Part shown: one piece after another, positions 49,071 to 62,810 of the stretch
Layout of the letters: every line of letters starts with the position of its first letter
Position numbering within the stretch: the stretch's first letter is position 1
DNA from: Azolla caroliniana
Lineage: Eukaryota > Plantae > Polypodiophyta
Assembly (NCBI GenBank): GCA_043228905.1
Contig: JBHGNT010000011.1
Location: 19,902,001 to 19,966,000, forward strand
Direction of reading: 5' to 3'
Length of the DNA: 64,000 nt
The notes under the pieces: generated by a model
Told to the model about the DNA's origin: nothing
Databases searched by the model: none
What the model saw: only the letters and a program-made list of their open reading frames with translations
Position numbers and translations under genes: made by a program

Positions 49071-51150
49071 GTAAAAACACACAATTATATTAATAAATGT
49101 GTGTGAAAAATGGGTTTAGGGTATCACAATGGATTATGGTCAACCACTAACTACATGGGTAGTGGAACATGTTGAATTGTCTAGAACCACATTAGGATTG
49201 AGTTTGATGGTGATCATGAAGACATGATATGAACGATACTATTGTCAACATCTTTAACTCAAAGGGTGTTGATTGTGGAAACTTAAAATAGTATAAAAAA
49301 TGTGTATTGATTGTGTTCGATAATGAGCCTCTTGAAACAATAGAAAGCTTCTTGTGCTTCTGGAGACCAAATCACTTCCCACAACCAAACTTACCTCATA
49401 TTTTTTTCAACGTGAGATGGAGCATTTGAGTATATCCAAGGAGGGTAATCAACTACACTAATATCATACAGAACAAGTTCATGAGTTCGAGAATAACACT
49501 ATTACAGTGCTACAACATCGATGACATTTAATTTTACTATCCCAATAATGACAATTTGAACTTATCCTTATACACATTTCTCCCCTAATCACATTGTACA
49601 CACTCAAACTTGTTCAAGTAGTGAAAACTTCAATAATTTAATGGCTCAATATGAGACGTGGAATGAAACTATAGGATTAGAAGTTTGGACACATATCGTT
49701 ATTGGGGGTCGAGTAGATGGTGGGGATTGTAGTATTGCGAACCTTGTCACATCTATGTATGGCAACCGACAACAATAATATAGTCATCTCTCATGCAAGC
49801 TCCCCAACATGGACTTCTTTAATTGAGCATTTCCACTTGATCTTGGTAGATATAGGGTCATTGTGATGGCGTGGGTCATGATTGCTCCCATTTTTTCGTA
49901 TTTATTGTTGTTACCGTACGAGATGTACGGGTGATTGATAAGTGTGATAAGTGAGGGTGAAAGATGTAATGTGTTGATATATATGTGTAATGTTATACGA
50001 TTATGAGTGTGAATGTAAGTGTGAGTGTGGTTGATACAAAGAGGTGTGAGTGAGTGACTATGTGTGAATGCCAAGGGGGCTTGCACCCTTGTGTATCTAC
50101 CCTTTTGTACCTATTTAACCCGTTTATGGGGAATGAATGAAGAATGATCATCTCTCTCTCTCTCTCTCTCTCCCCCTTACGTTGAACCCCCTTGAGAGGG
50201 GGGTGGAGCCATTCTAGGCACCAACCCCCACCCCGCAATACTTCTCAATGTTTGTCAATATTTTCATGATCTCTCTCACCATAATACTCTCCATCATTTT
50301 CACTATTACACCATTGACATTACCATTCATCCTCATCATCTTCCCTAACCCAAAAACCTACAACAATTGCATGTCATAGTACAAATAGTGATTATCTAAC
50401 TATTGTCCCATGACGTGTTTTTCTTCACATTTTGTTGCAATGGTTACACATGATCCCTAAAGTGACACTTAAGTTTCTTTGAGATGGTATTGCTGAAGTA
50501 TGTGAACCATTTCTTAGTCAAATGCCGCATCACTAAATCTTTTTTGTTATGAGTAGGTATTTAAGAAAAGTGGTGGAATTTGGAAGCGACTCTCGAATTC
50601 AAATTCCACACTAACTTTGTTGTAGAACTATGTAAGAAAAGAATGGAGAGTGGTATCTTACTCCCACTTAGTTGTTGGGTTTTTTGTTGGCTCTCATTGA
50701 GAGTGTATCATCTAGGTTTAAACACCCATTTAGCTTAATATAGCTTACCTCGGTTCTATTCTTGTAAGTCTTCACTTGAGTATAATCTGAGTTGAAAATT
50801 GTTCATTTTTCTTGAGTATACTAAGCTTGAATGTTCTCTAATCTAATTTTTGTATATTTATAAGTATATGTGATTGAAACATAGATATAGATGCAAGTTG
50901 CCTATTTGGACAGGTTTTTTAGTCAGTTTTGGCAAGGCAGTTGACTGTCATACAGTCCCTCAAATTTAGTCAGTTATAGCTTATTGGAAAGCTTGATAAG
51001 TCTATTTTGAGTATACAAAATTTCAGAGGTTCAGTTCTTTGTTTCAGAGAGCTATTGAAGTTTTAGCTGAGTCTGGTTGCTGTTTTTTCTGTTATGAGAA
51101 AGGGTTCACCATACTTGTGTTGTAACGAGGAGGTATTATACTTCCATCAA

Positions 51151-53270
51151 TGGTATCAGAGAGAAAATTTGAGCATCAAGGACAAGAAGAGGAGGCCTTA
51201 AAGTTTCTTGAGAGCCAAATATTGAATCAAAGAATTGGAAGATTTGAAGGAGGTTAAGCAAGAGGGAGCTTCTATCATCACCGAAGGAATAAGACAATTG
51301 GCAGCTCTTGTTTGAAGGTAATATATCAGTCTTTCTCTCCTCTATCACAATCCAAGGAGGGATTAGGAGCCATTAGATAGTATCATACACAATGGGAGAC
51401 ATTAACACTCAGATTGAGAAAGGGTCTATGGGAGTTGGTTAATAGTACTGAAATTAAGGCAATGAAGCCATACTTACATGCTGATGCACCTACTGAGGAT
51501 CAAAGGAGAGTGGCTAGAGAATGGGAGGAAAGGATAGGAGAGTGATTTTCATTCTATCTCAACACATAATCAACTCCATGATAGGTCATATCCATGATAC
51601 ATCTAAGAAGGTTTGGAAGTGTCTGGAAAGGTTGTACTCTACTACATAGACTAGGAAAAATTCAGCTCAAGAATGAGCTCAACAACATTAGGAAGTCGTC
51701 AAACAGATCATCAATGATTTCATACTCAAAATAAAAGAGATTTCAGATGCACTTGGCTCAATAGGATGTGTCATAGATGATGATGACCTAGTTGCCCTCA
51801 CATTTAATGGTATTAGGGAAGATAATAATTGGAAGACATTCACAATCTTTGTGTAAGGGACTCATTATCAGATTTTGAACGCCTCACTTCTCTCGTGGTC
51901 ACTGGGGAGTTCAACCATTGAGTCAACAAAACCAGAAGGGAGCCATGACCAACTCTTTTATGTAGGAAAATGAGGAAGAGGTAAAAGCTATGGAGGTGGG
52001 CCAAGAGGAAGAGGTAGAAGCAACAACCAACAAGGGAGCCAAAGCAATCAAGGAACCAAAGAAAACCAAAGAAAACCAAGATGAAGGAAAATCCTCAAGA
52101 GGAAGAGGTAGAGGAATAAGTGTAAAGAATCTAGTGTGATTCTATGTTGCGGAATAGATTAGAGGTGTGTGTTATGTGTGTGTGAAAGAGGAGAGAGGAG
52201 AGACATGAGATAGAAGATATGAAAATAGAATACTGAAGATCTATATATATTGAGAGGGAGTAGAGAATAGCAAGTACAAAGATAATAGCATTACATGGAA
52301 GATTAATCTGACCCTTACAAAGTAGGAGGATGGTGCTTTTATATGGTCACCCTCTCACTAAACCATTCACTCACTCTCTAACAACTATAGAAGCTCATGT
52401 GTCATGGGGAATGTGCAAACTCATTAGCTATATGTCATAAAATATGATTCTATGACACATAATTAATGTTAGAAACTAGTGGTGACCTTTAACCTTTGAG
52501 TGTAGATACATTCTCAAAAAATATCTGTTCGCACACTAGACTTAGGTTGAGTTTGATTCTCAACAGGAAGATATGGAGGCAAAGGCTACTCCAATGCAAA
52601 TAGATACTTCAATTGTGGGAAGCAAGGACATTATGCCAAAGATTGTTGGCAAGACCAATGTGGCAACTATTTCAAAGGTCATGGTAACTATGTTAACTCA
52701 ACCAATTTAGAAAATGAATTTTTTTTAGCTATGAAGCATAATAGTCAAGGTCAACCACATGATGAGGTGTGGTGTAACCACATGTTTAGTAAAGAAGAGT
52801 ACTTCAGCAATCTTCAAGAACCCAAGAAAAGAGGTCTTTTGGAGACAGGAGACAACACACAACATGAGATAAAAGAATTAGGAGATGTGAAGCTTGACGG
52901 CAACCACAAAGCGAAGAGTTTATGTGAGGTATTGCATGTTCCTACTATTACAAAGAACTTAATCTATGTTGGGCAAATGGTTGAAAGGGGATATCAGGTG
53001 AAGTTCAACCATCAAAGGATGCTTTATTGAGGATCCGAGGAATGGTTATGGGTTGATAGCCAAAGGAAAGAAGGAAGGATGTTCACTCTTGACATTGCCA
53101 AAGGACAAAGCAAGAAGGCAATGTTCATCACTTATGGGGACAAGAGGATTGGAGACTTGGATTTGTGGCACAAAAAGTGTGGCCACATTAATATTCAAAG
53201 ATTGAAAGACATGGACGAGTTGATGCAAACACTATCATATTCTAAATGTCACTTGAACGCATTTAATTAA
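51151..53270 (+). mobile_element. Decayed Copia PBS-gag-PR-GAG-pre ('I'), related to B; a probable LTR lies upstream, ending near 51149
   Basis: TGGTATCAGAG at 51151, then QLKNELNN, FNCGKQGHYAKDC, LETGDNTQH, VLHVPTITKNL and DLWHKKCGHIN. Confidence 0.8.
52121..52565 (-). mobile_element. Solo LTR of the D-type Copia family, inserted in the gag of I
   Basis: Minus strand TGTTGAGAATCAAACTCAAC...TCTTTACA, colinear with 4272-4682. Flanks ATAAG/GGAAG form only an imperfect TSD. Confidence 0.85.
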
Positions 53271-53299
53271 TCACACTCCTCGTGTAATTCAAAATTACA

Positions 53300-55980
53300 A
53301 AATCCCACATGAAATGTTATTCCACAAAAATTCTTCATACTTCCATCTCCATGTTTTGGACTAACTTTGGTATGCCCACACCAATAACATAAACAAATGT
53401 TCCCCTGGTGGTCAACAATATGCTTCAATTCTTGGATATACTCTAAAAAAGAAAGGTTGATGGATCTATGATCTTGACATTCAACAAGTATTCCTCTCTC
53501 AAGATATTAAATTTGAATATACACTGTTCGCTTTTCCTATAAGGCATCCTCTCCTACACCTCTAACTTTGCTTATTGGGGTTCAACCAACTTTGGATTGA
53601 TCATTGGCATGGGAGACAATACTTGATGTTTCCATACTAGGTCCACCCATTACTTTATTAGTGCACTCTCTTGGTGATCAGGAACTTTCATCTCTTGTAC
53701 TTGGTTGTGGTAAATGGTAAAAGAAGACACCTTCTAGTCTGCAGAATTGTCCATCATACAACTCGAGTATCCCCCTCCATGTTCTACACCCACCATTGGT
53801 TCTAGCAATCACTAGGTATCCTTTGCTTGATTTTGTATCTTGTCAATCTTTTTCTGGTACAAGCAACAAATTATTTAATGAAAATTACATTTAACTTTTG
53901 AGGCTCATCTTTATCGGTTTGCATCACATGCATAAAAAATGCATGCAATCACACATAAAGAGATTGATGCTCTCAAAGGCAATGAAAATTGGACTATAAA
54001 TTCTCCTAGAGAGAAAGATCATGAGAACCAAATAGGTCCATCAAGCACTACAAGGCTTGATTTGTAGTTCATGGGGACACTCAAGTAGGGCTTGACTACA
54101 CTGAGACCTTGGCTCCTATTGCTATAATGTCACAATATTCTTAGTGGTGGTTGTCATTAAAATTTGGGAGTTGTGTCAATGGGCATAAATAATGTATTTC
54201 TACATGGTGTTATCCATGAAGAAGGCTATATGCGACCTTTGGCAGGTTTTTCACCCAACAATCCCCACAATGTTTGCCACTTCGTAAATATTTATTTGGC
54301 TTTCATGAATCACCCGACAATTGTTTCTCAATGCGTGCAACTGCTTTGAGATCTTATGGTTTTCCTCAATCTCATGTTTATCACATGTTATTCACTTAAT
54401 AAGAAAGGAGATATTTTGTTGCCCATTCTTATTTATGTTGATGACTTGATTCTTGTTGAGAATAATAATGTTGCAGAGTCCTCTTCTTCTTTTTTTATAA
54501 AAGATTTTCTTCAATAGTATTAAGAACAAAACGTCTGAAGGCTACAATTTGAACCTAGCTACCAAGGATGTTACAACTTTTCCTATACAATGATGTAAAA
54601 TACAAGGATGTTTACATTTGTTGATATTCAAGAAAGAGTCCATGGAAGTCGATATTGCCATTGAGGCTCTTGAGTTGACATTGTAAACAAGGGCACCTTT
54701 TTCCATAAGTGAAGAAGTTTTTTCCTTTTCTTGTTCACAGTATCTGGGGAACCTGCATATTGTCATATTAACCACGGACTACTGCTAGCAAGTTCTCCCA
54801 TATCTCAAACAGCACATCTGAGAGATGAATGTCTACCCCATCATAAAGTCGGTTACATCGATATTTCCATAATGCCCATAATGTTATTGTGGTCATAGCT
54901 TTCCAAATTTGGACAGATCGCACCTGCTTGTGAGGTTGTTGGAAGGGACTAACTAATATCAATCTTCTATTATGTATTGTCATTGCCTCATGAACATCAT
55001 TTGCCTCATACGACATCAAGCCGGAATGTAATACTCCCCACATCCTTGATTCCCATGAGAATAGGAAACCTACATTGATTGTTAAGAATAAAGACATGAC
55101 TTTCTTCCATACTTGTTGATGTTGTAGAGTTCTCTTTCAAAAAGTATCTCAATGTTTATTTCAACCTTAAGTATCTTGGTCGTTTGGTCTACCTTACTAT
55201 TACCAAACTTTGATATATGCTATGAAGTATATGTCCCTTTACAATTATGTAGTCTCCACAATCCCAACAATAGGATGAAACCTTCCCAACCAAGGTTTCA
55301 TTCTTCAATTTGATAGTGATCTATCAATTCTACTTATGTGAATCTAACTAGGCATCTTTCCCTCTCACTCAACAACCTTTGACTAGGTATTTATATATTT
55401 GGGGAATTCCCCAATTTCCTAACACACTAAGAAGAAATAAATAGTTTCTCGATCATCATTTGAATCTTAATATTGTGAAATGTCTACAAGTCCATGTGAA
55501 CTTAAATGGCTCAATTTGTTTCTATTTTCTCTTGGTATTCATCATAATTAACCAATAAAACTGTATACTAGCATCTAGTTAGCCCACCACCTAACATCAA
55601 ATTTTATCTTTTACAAAAGGACAAAACATGTCGAGGTTGATTGTCTCTTTGTTCGTGACCAACTACTAGCAAACCTCATTTGCATTTGCGATGTCCATAC
55701 TTTGCGACAAGCAGTTGGCATCCGAACCAAGGCCTTGGGACTTCACCAATTTACACACCTGTATAGCGAATCAAGGCATTTAGAATCTACACTCATCAAC
55801 TTGAGGGTGAGTATTAACTACCAAATTTTATTGTTAGGAGTTAGGACTAACAAATGTTAATAATAGTAACCAAAATCCAATCAGCTAATAATGTATAGTA
55901 TAAAGGCGAATCTTAGACTTTTTAAAATAGAGATCTCACTTCACCCACTTAGATATATCTATATCTAATCACTTTAACAT
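53300..55980 (+). mobile_element. Highly decayed Copia IN end-RT-RNase H ('J') with PPT at ~55800
   Basis: NVFLHG, ILIYVDDLIL and KRTKHVEVDCLFVRD remnants; TTGAGGGTGAG-TATTAA junction. Boundaries approximate. Confidence 0.75.
54486..55118 (-). mobile_element. 5'-truncated L1 insertion inside Copia J
   Basis: T-tract at ~54490, near-identical ~18-bp flanks ATGTTG(C/T)AGAGT(C/T)CTCTT, and ORF2 tail TLWALWKYRCNRLY. Confidence 0.8.
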
Positions 55981-58229
55981 CCCATGAGTTAGAGCTCTCT
56001 TAGTACATCAACGCTTTACCATAATGCGTCAAAGCTCTACTAAGGAAATCAATATAGTCCCATGTTGGGTGGTTGTTTTGCATTGTTCAATGGCTTCTAT
56101 GATGGAAATGCTACTTTAATCTTTTCAGCAAAAGTTTTTATCTTCCTTGGTGTGGTTTCAATTTAGGATGTTGATTTGTCATCATCTTCTTATGAACCCG
56201 AACTACTCTTGAGAAGAAATACTTCATAATTTTGTGGACTTAAATCATGAAGTTTAGTTTGAGATTGAGACTTCAATGCGCTAGCTTCCACTCTAATCTT
56301 CCTTATCCTTATTCAGGTCCTAAGAAGTCCAATAGCATGTTTCTCCTTTACTAAGTAATTTCATAGCGGTGAGAAGCTTTCATGTATTGCTTATTTCATT
56401 TACTCACTAAGCTTTGAACCAATGTTCTTCTTCTTCTCATTCTTGGGCCATTAAAGATTTTTCTCTCACCCATTCTATTACACATCATACTAATGATAAA
56501 CAATAGAATAAGAGAGTAGGAGAATAATAGATTAAGGGTGCTTTACCATACCAACCATCCCCGACTGAAGGACATGAGATGAACATAAAATATCATTGGT
56601 GTCTAGCCATACCACCAAATATTACCTTATGTTATACCTAGGATGGTGAATAAGGGATCTGATTGAAGAGTTTTTAACAACACTAATGGAGTCTCAACAA
56701 CGTCTCAAGATGTCGTAATGAAGAGGGTAGCTAGTCCTCTTTATATAGCTAGCTCAACACCTAAGGCTCCTAAACAACAACATCTTCCCATGTGACATAG
56801 ATCCGTACGGGTTCGTCTCAATTCCTAGGATAACCAATTTCACGACTATCCTACCCTTAATCCATTAAAGCTCGTTGTAGAGTTATGCCAATAAACACAT
56901 TCCACCATATCTTTATTAATCTAGTGTGTTTTCTCATTGCTCAATTAATAATTTGTCTCATCAAATCGACAAGTGTAACTATAAGTTATATTTTGTTTGT
57001 ACTCTAACATCAATTATTTGAAGGATATAATATCATTGACTTCATTTCTAATTTATTCACATCATCCTTTTCATTGTGATTACACACTTCCTTGGGCCAA
57101 AAAATAGTTACTTATTCAGAACAACTCTGCCCACTCTTGGTCATTCTAAGAATTAGATCATCAAACAATCCATCAAAAGATATTGGATCATTATACTTCA
57201 TTACCAGGTTGTAGTATTGTGTTAGTAAGACCATCATAAGGATGAGAAAAATACTAGGTCGTGGCCTATAGTGTTATTGCCAAACTTTGCTAGTTTAAAG
57301 TAAAGGGTCAATGTTCAATTCACGAACAAAGAGTGTTATATACCAACTAATGCCAATCACGCTCTTTCCCTAGTCACACTTACAAGTTTAGACTCATTAG
57401 CCACAATCCCATATCCAATGCTTGCCTTATTTCACTCTTATATCGAAGCTTCCAAATATGCTAGAGGATACTCCCCCGATGATGTGCAAAGAGCAACATA
57501 ATGTTGTTTTGGACAAATATACATATTTGGGTGGGTAAGTGTGTGTGTGTGTGTTTGTGTGTTGCAACTTTATGCCCTCCCCTTCGCATGCCAACACTTT
57601 AAGAATTAGGTGGGATCCTAATGCCAATTAAGTATCTTCATCTTAGGTAAACCATCATCAATAAGTAATGCGTTGATGTAGCAACAACCTATTCCTTAAG
57701 AGCAACATATCTAGAGAGTCTAACTCCATGTCTCTTTCCAAGTTCTTTCCATATTATGCATTATTACCTCAAGTTTTCCAACATCATTCTTTGTTACGAA
57801 GCTTCCTTAATTTCTTCCTTTTTTCTGTTTCATGACATCATCAAAACTCCTTTACTCAACATCATTCTTTGAGAACAAAGTGGTGAAAATCTCTATCTAT
57901 GGGCTAGATCTTCGTTTTCGTAAACTTTTCAAAACCTTATTACTTCTATTGAACCTTCTTGTCATTTATTAGTGGCACACTCTAAGGGGGCAACAAATGC
58001 TTGTCCCAGGATTTGGAACTTGAAATTAGAGAATCGAGATCATGGTGGCATTTGAAGCTAAAATCTTGTGATGTTACAAAGCAAATTCAGTCCATCACTC
58101 AATACTCTCTAGGTCTCATGAGTTACATGCTCCAACGTGCACATGCAGGAAAGAAAGGATGCGATCGATATATGCTACATACATGTAAGTGTTGCAAAAA
58201 ATTCAAGGTAGGCCTGACTTGGACCATGT

Positions 58230-58530
58230 AAGATTGGAACCCAATCACGCAGAGCTCCCCGCGCCCGTTCATTGGTTCGGGAACAATTGAGCTACTGCAA
58301 TGAGAGGAGAGGAGTGGTTGCAGGTATCACATGAACACAACAACAACAACAACAACAACAACACTTACACACACAAAAAACACTATGTTTTTGAGGGAGG
58401 GGGATCCGCAGTGGTTGGTCATAATGAAAACAAAACAACAGCAGCGTCCCTTCTTGCCAGCGTGGACACCACGTGTCGTCCCTGCGGTCCAGTGTGGACG
58501 CCACGGGTCATCCTGCCACGTGTCGTTCCA
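58230..58530. promoter_or_regulatory. Cluster of ABRE/G-box and CCAAT motifs downstream of the RAV gene
   Basis: CACGTGTC at 58470 and GCCACGTGTC at 58515; inverted GATTGG-AAC-CCAATC at ~58232; a (CAA)n run. Confidence 0.4.
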
Positions 58531-58770
58531 ATTGTTTAGGAGACGTGTGAAGAGAAGCCGGAGAGACGAAGTACATATGTATGTAAACCGAAATTCGAGA
58601 AAAATAAAGAAATGAGAAAATTGCTTGCTATCATCCTATCTAGTTAAGCACAGGTGATTAGATTAATCTTCTTACTGATGATTCGGAACCGAACCAGGAC
58701 TAGGATTAGGGCTTAGAGCTTATGGATTCAGGGCTTAGGGTTTACGGCCTAGAGCTTCTGGATTTAGAGT

Positions 58771-61644
58771 TTAGGGTTTAGGGTTAGGGTTAGAATGATC
58801 GTTACTCGTTACCATCTGCTTCAGACACTGGCGTTTGGCGGCTGCTGATGAGGTGCAGAGAAACTCGTGATCTGACGACAGATCGGACGCTGTCGTCTCT
58901 TCCAATACTACTGCATAATCCCTCCTCCTCCGCCTTCTAATCCTGGAGCCATAATAATTACCTTCGCGGGTGTCGTCGTCATCTGCATCAGACACTGCGG
59001 CGGTGGAATCATCTAAATTGGTTTCAGTTTTTATATTCACTTCAACGCCGAACAGCCGCAGCTGTGTCGGAATCATCACGCCGTCTCCACGGCGATGATG
59101 ATGATGATCGACATCACCGTCCTTGACGACATGATGATGATCCATACATGTCGACGATCCGGGAGTGGGGTTTTCATGCAACAGCTTCAGATCAGTATCA
59201 CTACAGTCGTGATCACCATCTTGATTAGGCTCCATCAGTTCCTGCTGCGGCTCCGCCAGTCGAGCCGCAGCATAATCAGGCGTACAATTTGATGCGTCGA
59301 TCCTCCCATGATCGAGCCGCAGAGACAGGCATGGCGGAGGAGCTGTCATGTCGGATTGCGTCGTCTGCTTCAATCGGATGCACTGAGCAACCGCCACTGC
59401 AGGAGGAGGCGGTGCTGTGTTCATCCCATGATCCCTAGCCCCACCGATTCCGCCATTGGGCCGGAGATTGCGAGGCATGATACGTTGGTTGGGAGTACTA
59501 TGATCTTCTGCAGGATTCATAGTGACCTCTGAGCTCGAGCGGCTTTGCATCATGTGGTGGAGGTTGTGGATAACTGCCGTAGCCCGGGCCTGCTGTGGCT
59601 CTCGAAATAGGCGATGCTCAAGCTCCATAGTCAGAGATGGAGGAGGAGGAGGAGGAGCTCTGTGCAGAAGGTTATTCTGTCTCATGAGATGATGGTGGCG
59701 AAAGATGTCCGCACAAGATCCAGCAGCTTGAATAGGATCCGCTGCGCCGCCATGGCTGCAGGAGGAGGAGGAGGAGGAGGAAATATTGAGTAGCGAGAGC
59801 TCTTGTGGCGGCCTCCTCATGCAGCTGATAAACAGCTTGGACGAAGACAATGCAGGTAAATTCAGTATTGCAGCATCGGAGGAGGAGGAGGAGAAGGAGG
59901 AGGAGGATCTGAGCGGAGGCGCCGCCACATGATCTAGTAGCGGCGGCGGCGGAGTGGCGGATTTCTCAAAGGACACCACATCTCCTGCTTCCAGCTTCTT
60001 CTCTTTGACGAAGCCACTCCAGCCTTTGGTGAAGACGTAGCTCTGGCTGCTGCCCCAGTAGGAGTAGCGGAACCTCCACGTCTTGCCCTTGGCGTCCTCC
60101 AGGCAGAGCATCAGCCCCTTCTCGTTGGCGGAGCTGTCCAGCGGGAAGCAGCGCTCCGCGTGCTGCTTGGGGATCACCAGGCGGTTCAACTTCCCCACGT
60201 CGCTCGGGGTCAGGCATTTCTGGAACAGATGCTCTCGAGGAGCGGCGGCGGCGGCGGCGGAAGCAACCACCATAACCGCCGGTGGCGTAAGCTGATGATT
60301 ATTGGCTGTGGGGATGATGCTAGAATTATTAAGGTAATGAGCGCCGCCGCCGCCAAATATGAGGCTACTACTACTACCACACAACAGACTCGCTTCTCCT
60401 CCTCCTCCTCCTCCTCCTCCTCCTCCTCCGCCTGCCTTCATCTGATGATTCATCATCACAACGCCACCGCTCTTCTGCCCCCCCACCATATAATCCATCG
60501 CCTGCTGCCTCTGCTGCTGGTAATCGATAAACCGAGATTTGTGCACCGCCGCTAGGCTGCTGATGTGCTGCCTCACCTGATCCAGCTCCTCCTCGTAGGT
60601 ATGGCGCCTCAGCATATCCACCACTTGCTCTCGGCTGTGGCTACGCAGCAGCACCTCCTCCATGGCCGCATCCTGGCCCGATGCTGCCTTGAAGTTAGTG
60701 ACCGCATCCTTGCCACGGAACTTGAGGGCCGCACGGTCGTAGGCTCGCGCGGCCGCATCCTCCTGGTTGAATGTCCCGAGCCAAACCCGGTGGTTCTTGT
60801 CGTAGATCTGCGCGCCCCACCGCCCGTTCGGCTGCGGGACCACCCCTTTGTACTGCGTCGACAGCTTCACCACGCCGATGCCCGCCATACCATTACCATT
60901 ACAGGTACCGGCATGGCCGCTCATCCTCCCGCCGCCGCCCGTACCATGGCCATCATCACTGATGATATTGTAGAATGCATTCGCCCACTGGTGTTGCCCG
61001 CCTGTTGCCCCATAATTAGCAGCCATCCCAGTGCTACAGTTGCTGCTAATTACCATCTCGCTGCTACTAACCCCAATCACCCTCTCTAATTCTTTCATGC
61101 TACTCGTGGCCCCGGCATGGTCCGCCAGATTAGTGCTAAACCCACTATTCACTCTGTCTAATCCACTCACCTGATCAGATTGATCATCCATATGATTCCA
61201 CTCCGATCCTATATTAAGCAGGCTGCTGCTGTTACCATGAGGAGGAGGAGGAGGAGGAGGATTATTATTAAACACGCTATTAATGCCGCCAGTATTGGAT
61301 GACCTTGCAGCTCTAGTCTGCTGCAAATCAGAGTTAGTTTCCCCTGCTAGTTGCTTGTGATTAGGGAAACTCAAGGAGCCAGAATCGGAGCTGTTATGCG
61401 GCTTAGTCGGGTTATTATTAGACTGCTGCTCTGCAGATGATGGATTAGCTACTGATCTACTGCCGTCTTCTTCTTCTTCTTCTTCTTTTTCTTGGGTTGG
61501 ATTAATCCGACTAGTAATTACAGGCTGGATGAAATCAGTACTCTTCTTGTTATGATTAATACTGCTGCTATTGGTATTCACAATCTCAGGCAAGAAATTG
61601 ATTGTGGCGATGGCAGCGCCATATTGATGATCCACACTCATCAT
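58771..61644 (-). CDS. RAV: RAV-family transcription factor (AP2 + B3 + RLFGV repression motif), ~957 aa from the first ATG; possible upstream exon
   Basis: AP2: [17 protein letters not shown]...WLGTF...AARAYD. B3: [26 protein letters not shown]...[21 protein letters not shown]-terminal LRLFGV. Confidence 0.95.
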   Translation of the reverse strand: MMSVDHQYGAAIATINFLPEIVNTNSSSINHNKKSTDFIQPVITSRINPTQEKEEEEEEDGSRSVANPSSAEQQSNNNPTKPHNSSDSGSLSFPNHKQLAGETNSDLQQTRAARSSNTGGINSVFNNNPPPPPPPHGNSSSLLNIGSEWNHMDDQSDQVSGLDRVNSGFSTNLADHAGATSSMKELERVIGVSSSEMVISSNCSTGMAANYGATGGQHQWANAFYNIISDDGHGTGGGGRMSGHAGTCNGNGMAGIGVVKLSTQYKGVVPQPNGRWGAQIYDKNHRVWLGTFNQEDAAARAYDRAALKFRGKDAVTNFKAASGQDAAMEEVLLRSHSREQVVDMLRRHTYEEELDQVRQHISSLAAVHKSRFIDYQQQRQQAMDYMVGGQKSGGVVMMNHQMKAGGGGGGGGGGGGEASLLCGSSSSLIFGGGGAHYLNNSSIIPTANNHQLTPPAVMVVASAAAAAAPREHLFQKCLTPSDVGKLNRLVIPKQHAERCFPLDSSANEKGLMLCLEDAKGKTWRFRYSYWGSSQSYVFTKGWSGFVKEKKLEAGDVVSFEKSATPPPPLLDHVAAPPLRSSSSFSSSSSDAAILNLPALSSSKLFISCMRRPPQELSLLNISSSSSSSCSHGGAADPIQAAGSCADIFRHHHLMRQNNLLHRAPPPPPPSLTMELEHRLFREPQQARATAVIHNLHHMMQSRSSSEVTMNPAEDHSTPNQRIMPRNLRPNGGIGGARDHGMNTAPPPPAVAVAQCIRLKQTTQSDMTAPPPCLSLRLDHGRIDASNCTPDYAAARLAEPQQELMEPNQDGDHDCSDTDLKLLHENPTPGSSTCMDHHHVVKDGDVDHHHHRRGDGVMIPTQLRLFGVEVNIKTETNLDDSTAAVSDADDDDTREGNYYGSRIRRRRRRDYAVVLEETTASDLSSDHEFLCTSSAAAKRQCLKQMVTSNDHSNPNPKP

Positions 61645-62743
61645 CACCAGCTCCGAAGAATTATCTGCAGAGAGAGACAGAGAAGCAGATTTTAGAAACA
61701 AAACGCCTGTCAAGAATTAAATGATGAAGACACCTGCAAGTTTTACAGGGTTTAGGACATCCATCATAATGAGGAGGAGGAAGTAGGCTCAGTACTTACT
61801 TGAGGAGAAACTAGCTGCAGAGGAATGAGCTGCCCCCTCGCATGAATCTACAGAGCAGCTCTCATTGGTATTATATTGAAGCTCGCCATAGCCATCGCCG
61901 GCATCATTATCATCATCATCATCATCATGCGATGCTCTTACAAGTGCTGATTTAGGACGATCAGTTGATAACAAGGTGAATCCCCATGATCTCTTCCGAT
62001 CTTCTGCATCACCATCATCAAAGCTAACTGTAGCGGTACTTATAGCAGTGATCCTTCCATTCGCCTCCTCTTCCTGCTGAGCAATCCAATCCAATGTTTA
62101 TTTTTAGTTGTTGAGATTAAACCGTAAGAAAGAAGGAGGCATTCTCCTCTTTTCTTTGAATCTTTTTTTGTTTGGTTTTTAAGACTTCTTTATGAGCCAA
62201 CTGTTTGTAACACCTCTAAAATATGGCGACAAGAATGGCGGATTGAGCAGATGATTTTAATTATGAAGAGAAAAGGAGGGGCGTGTGTGGACCATAACAT
62301 AAAAAGGTTTAGGGATTCATGCAGCCTACCATTGTGAGGAGGGTGTGCGGCTGCGGCTGCGGCTGCTGCATCTGCATGGTGGGCATTCTTGGCAGGACCG
62401 ATCCTTTCTTTCTTTAGTGATGGATGAAAAAGAAGAAGAAAAAAAGGGCTAATTGAAAGAAAAAAAAAAAAATAGGAAAGGAAAGGGAGGAGAAGGAAGA
62501 ATGAATGAATGAGAGGGAGGGGAAGAATGGAAGGAAAGGAAAAAAGGAGATTGGATTTGGATTGGATTGGAATTATTAGTTTAGGATTGGATTTGGAGGC
62601 TGTCTGTGGTTTTTGAGGAGGAGAAAGAGTTGTATGTGTCCACTGAACTCATTCCCATTAATATATATACATATATCATATGTATGTATTTCAGTTCATT
62701 TAAAGAAGCAGAAAGAAGCAGGAGGAGGAGACACAGGCGATTT

Positions 62744-62810
<67 letters not shown>

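Noticed and set aside
56000-57000. Possible minus-strand LTR/gag remnant
   Set aside because: Only a TATA-like motif and purine bias; no definable LTR ends or PBS.
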